Below are positions 17,843 through 17,980 of a stretch of 17,980 bases of DNA, piece by piece. Position numbers and translations under genes: made by a program. Every line of letters begins with the position of its first letter. Position 1 is the stretch's first letter. The stretch is taken from the NCBI GenBank assembly GCA_033764955.1, contig JANRIL010000016.1, positions 1-17,980 on the forward strand, in the 5' to 3' direction. Source of the DNA: Cyanobacteriota bacterium. GTDB taxonomy: Bacteria; Cyanobacteriota; Cyanobacteriia; Thermostichales; Thermostichaceae. A model generated the notes under the pieces. That model was given only the letters and a program-made list of their open reading frames with translations. It ran no database searches and was not told the DNA's origin.

Positions 17843-17980
17843 GAGCTTCTTGCAAAAGAGGGAAAAGGGGGATAGACCCAGGGAGAAGGTAGACCCACCC
17901 CTAACCCATGAGATATGAAGAAATCCAGCAACTACCCCGTGCCCAGTTCAAGCGATTGTGTGGGGTGATGCCAGAAACGT
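17843..17980 (+). mobile_element. Left end of an IS5-family (ISL2/IS702-like) insertion sequence
   Basis: Transposase-like N-terminus from 17908. Candidate left terminal repeat GAGCTTCTTGCAAAAG at 17843-17858; its partner lies outside the window, so the boundary is tentative. Confidence 0.6.
17908..17980 (+). CDS. IS5-family transposase N-terminus (truncated by the window edge)
   Basis: Translates MRYEEIQQLPRAQFKRLCGVMPET, resembling the FKRLxGVxxxTF start of cyanobacterial IS702-like transposases. Not in the ORF track. Confidence 0.7.
   Translation, partial: MRYEEIQQLPRAQFKRLCGVMPET

Overview
Cyanobacterial chromosomal segment. It is saturated with the palindrome GGGATCCC (about 26 perfect copies by hand count), the HIP variant typical of hot-spring Synechococcus OS-A/OS-B'-like (Thermostichus) strains. 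Genes in order: sat; a membrane-anchored leishmanolysin-like zinc protease; a NarL-type response regulator and a membrane histidine kinase, divergent from a kdpA-kdpB-kdpF/G-kdpC K+ ATPase operon with no kdpD; a class A PBP; tyrS; an APH-like/AAA kinase; a cyclophilin; a secreted DUF4384 protein; a YdfG-like SDR; and the first 24 codons of an IS5-family transposase at the right edge. The most interesting signals are non-coding. (1) A ~93-bp TA-bounded inverted-repeat element with an internal hairpin occurs twice, 16 kb apart (~81% identical). (2) A second 71-bp TA-CAG...CTG-TA element appears inserted into the end of the first copy. (3) Four phased GATATAGA half-sites lie in the divergent kdp promoter. 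(4) A near-consensus sigma70 promoter plus terminator on the minus strand delimit a candidate ~50-nt small RNA upstream of the SDR gene. No large novel multi-gene system is evident.
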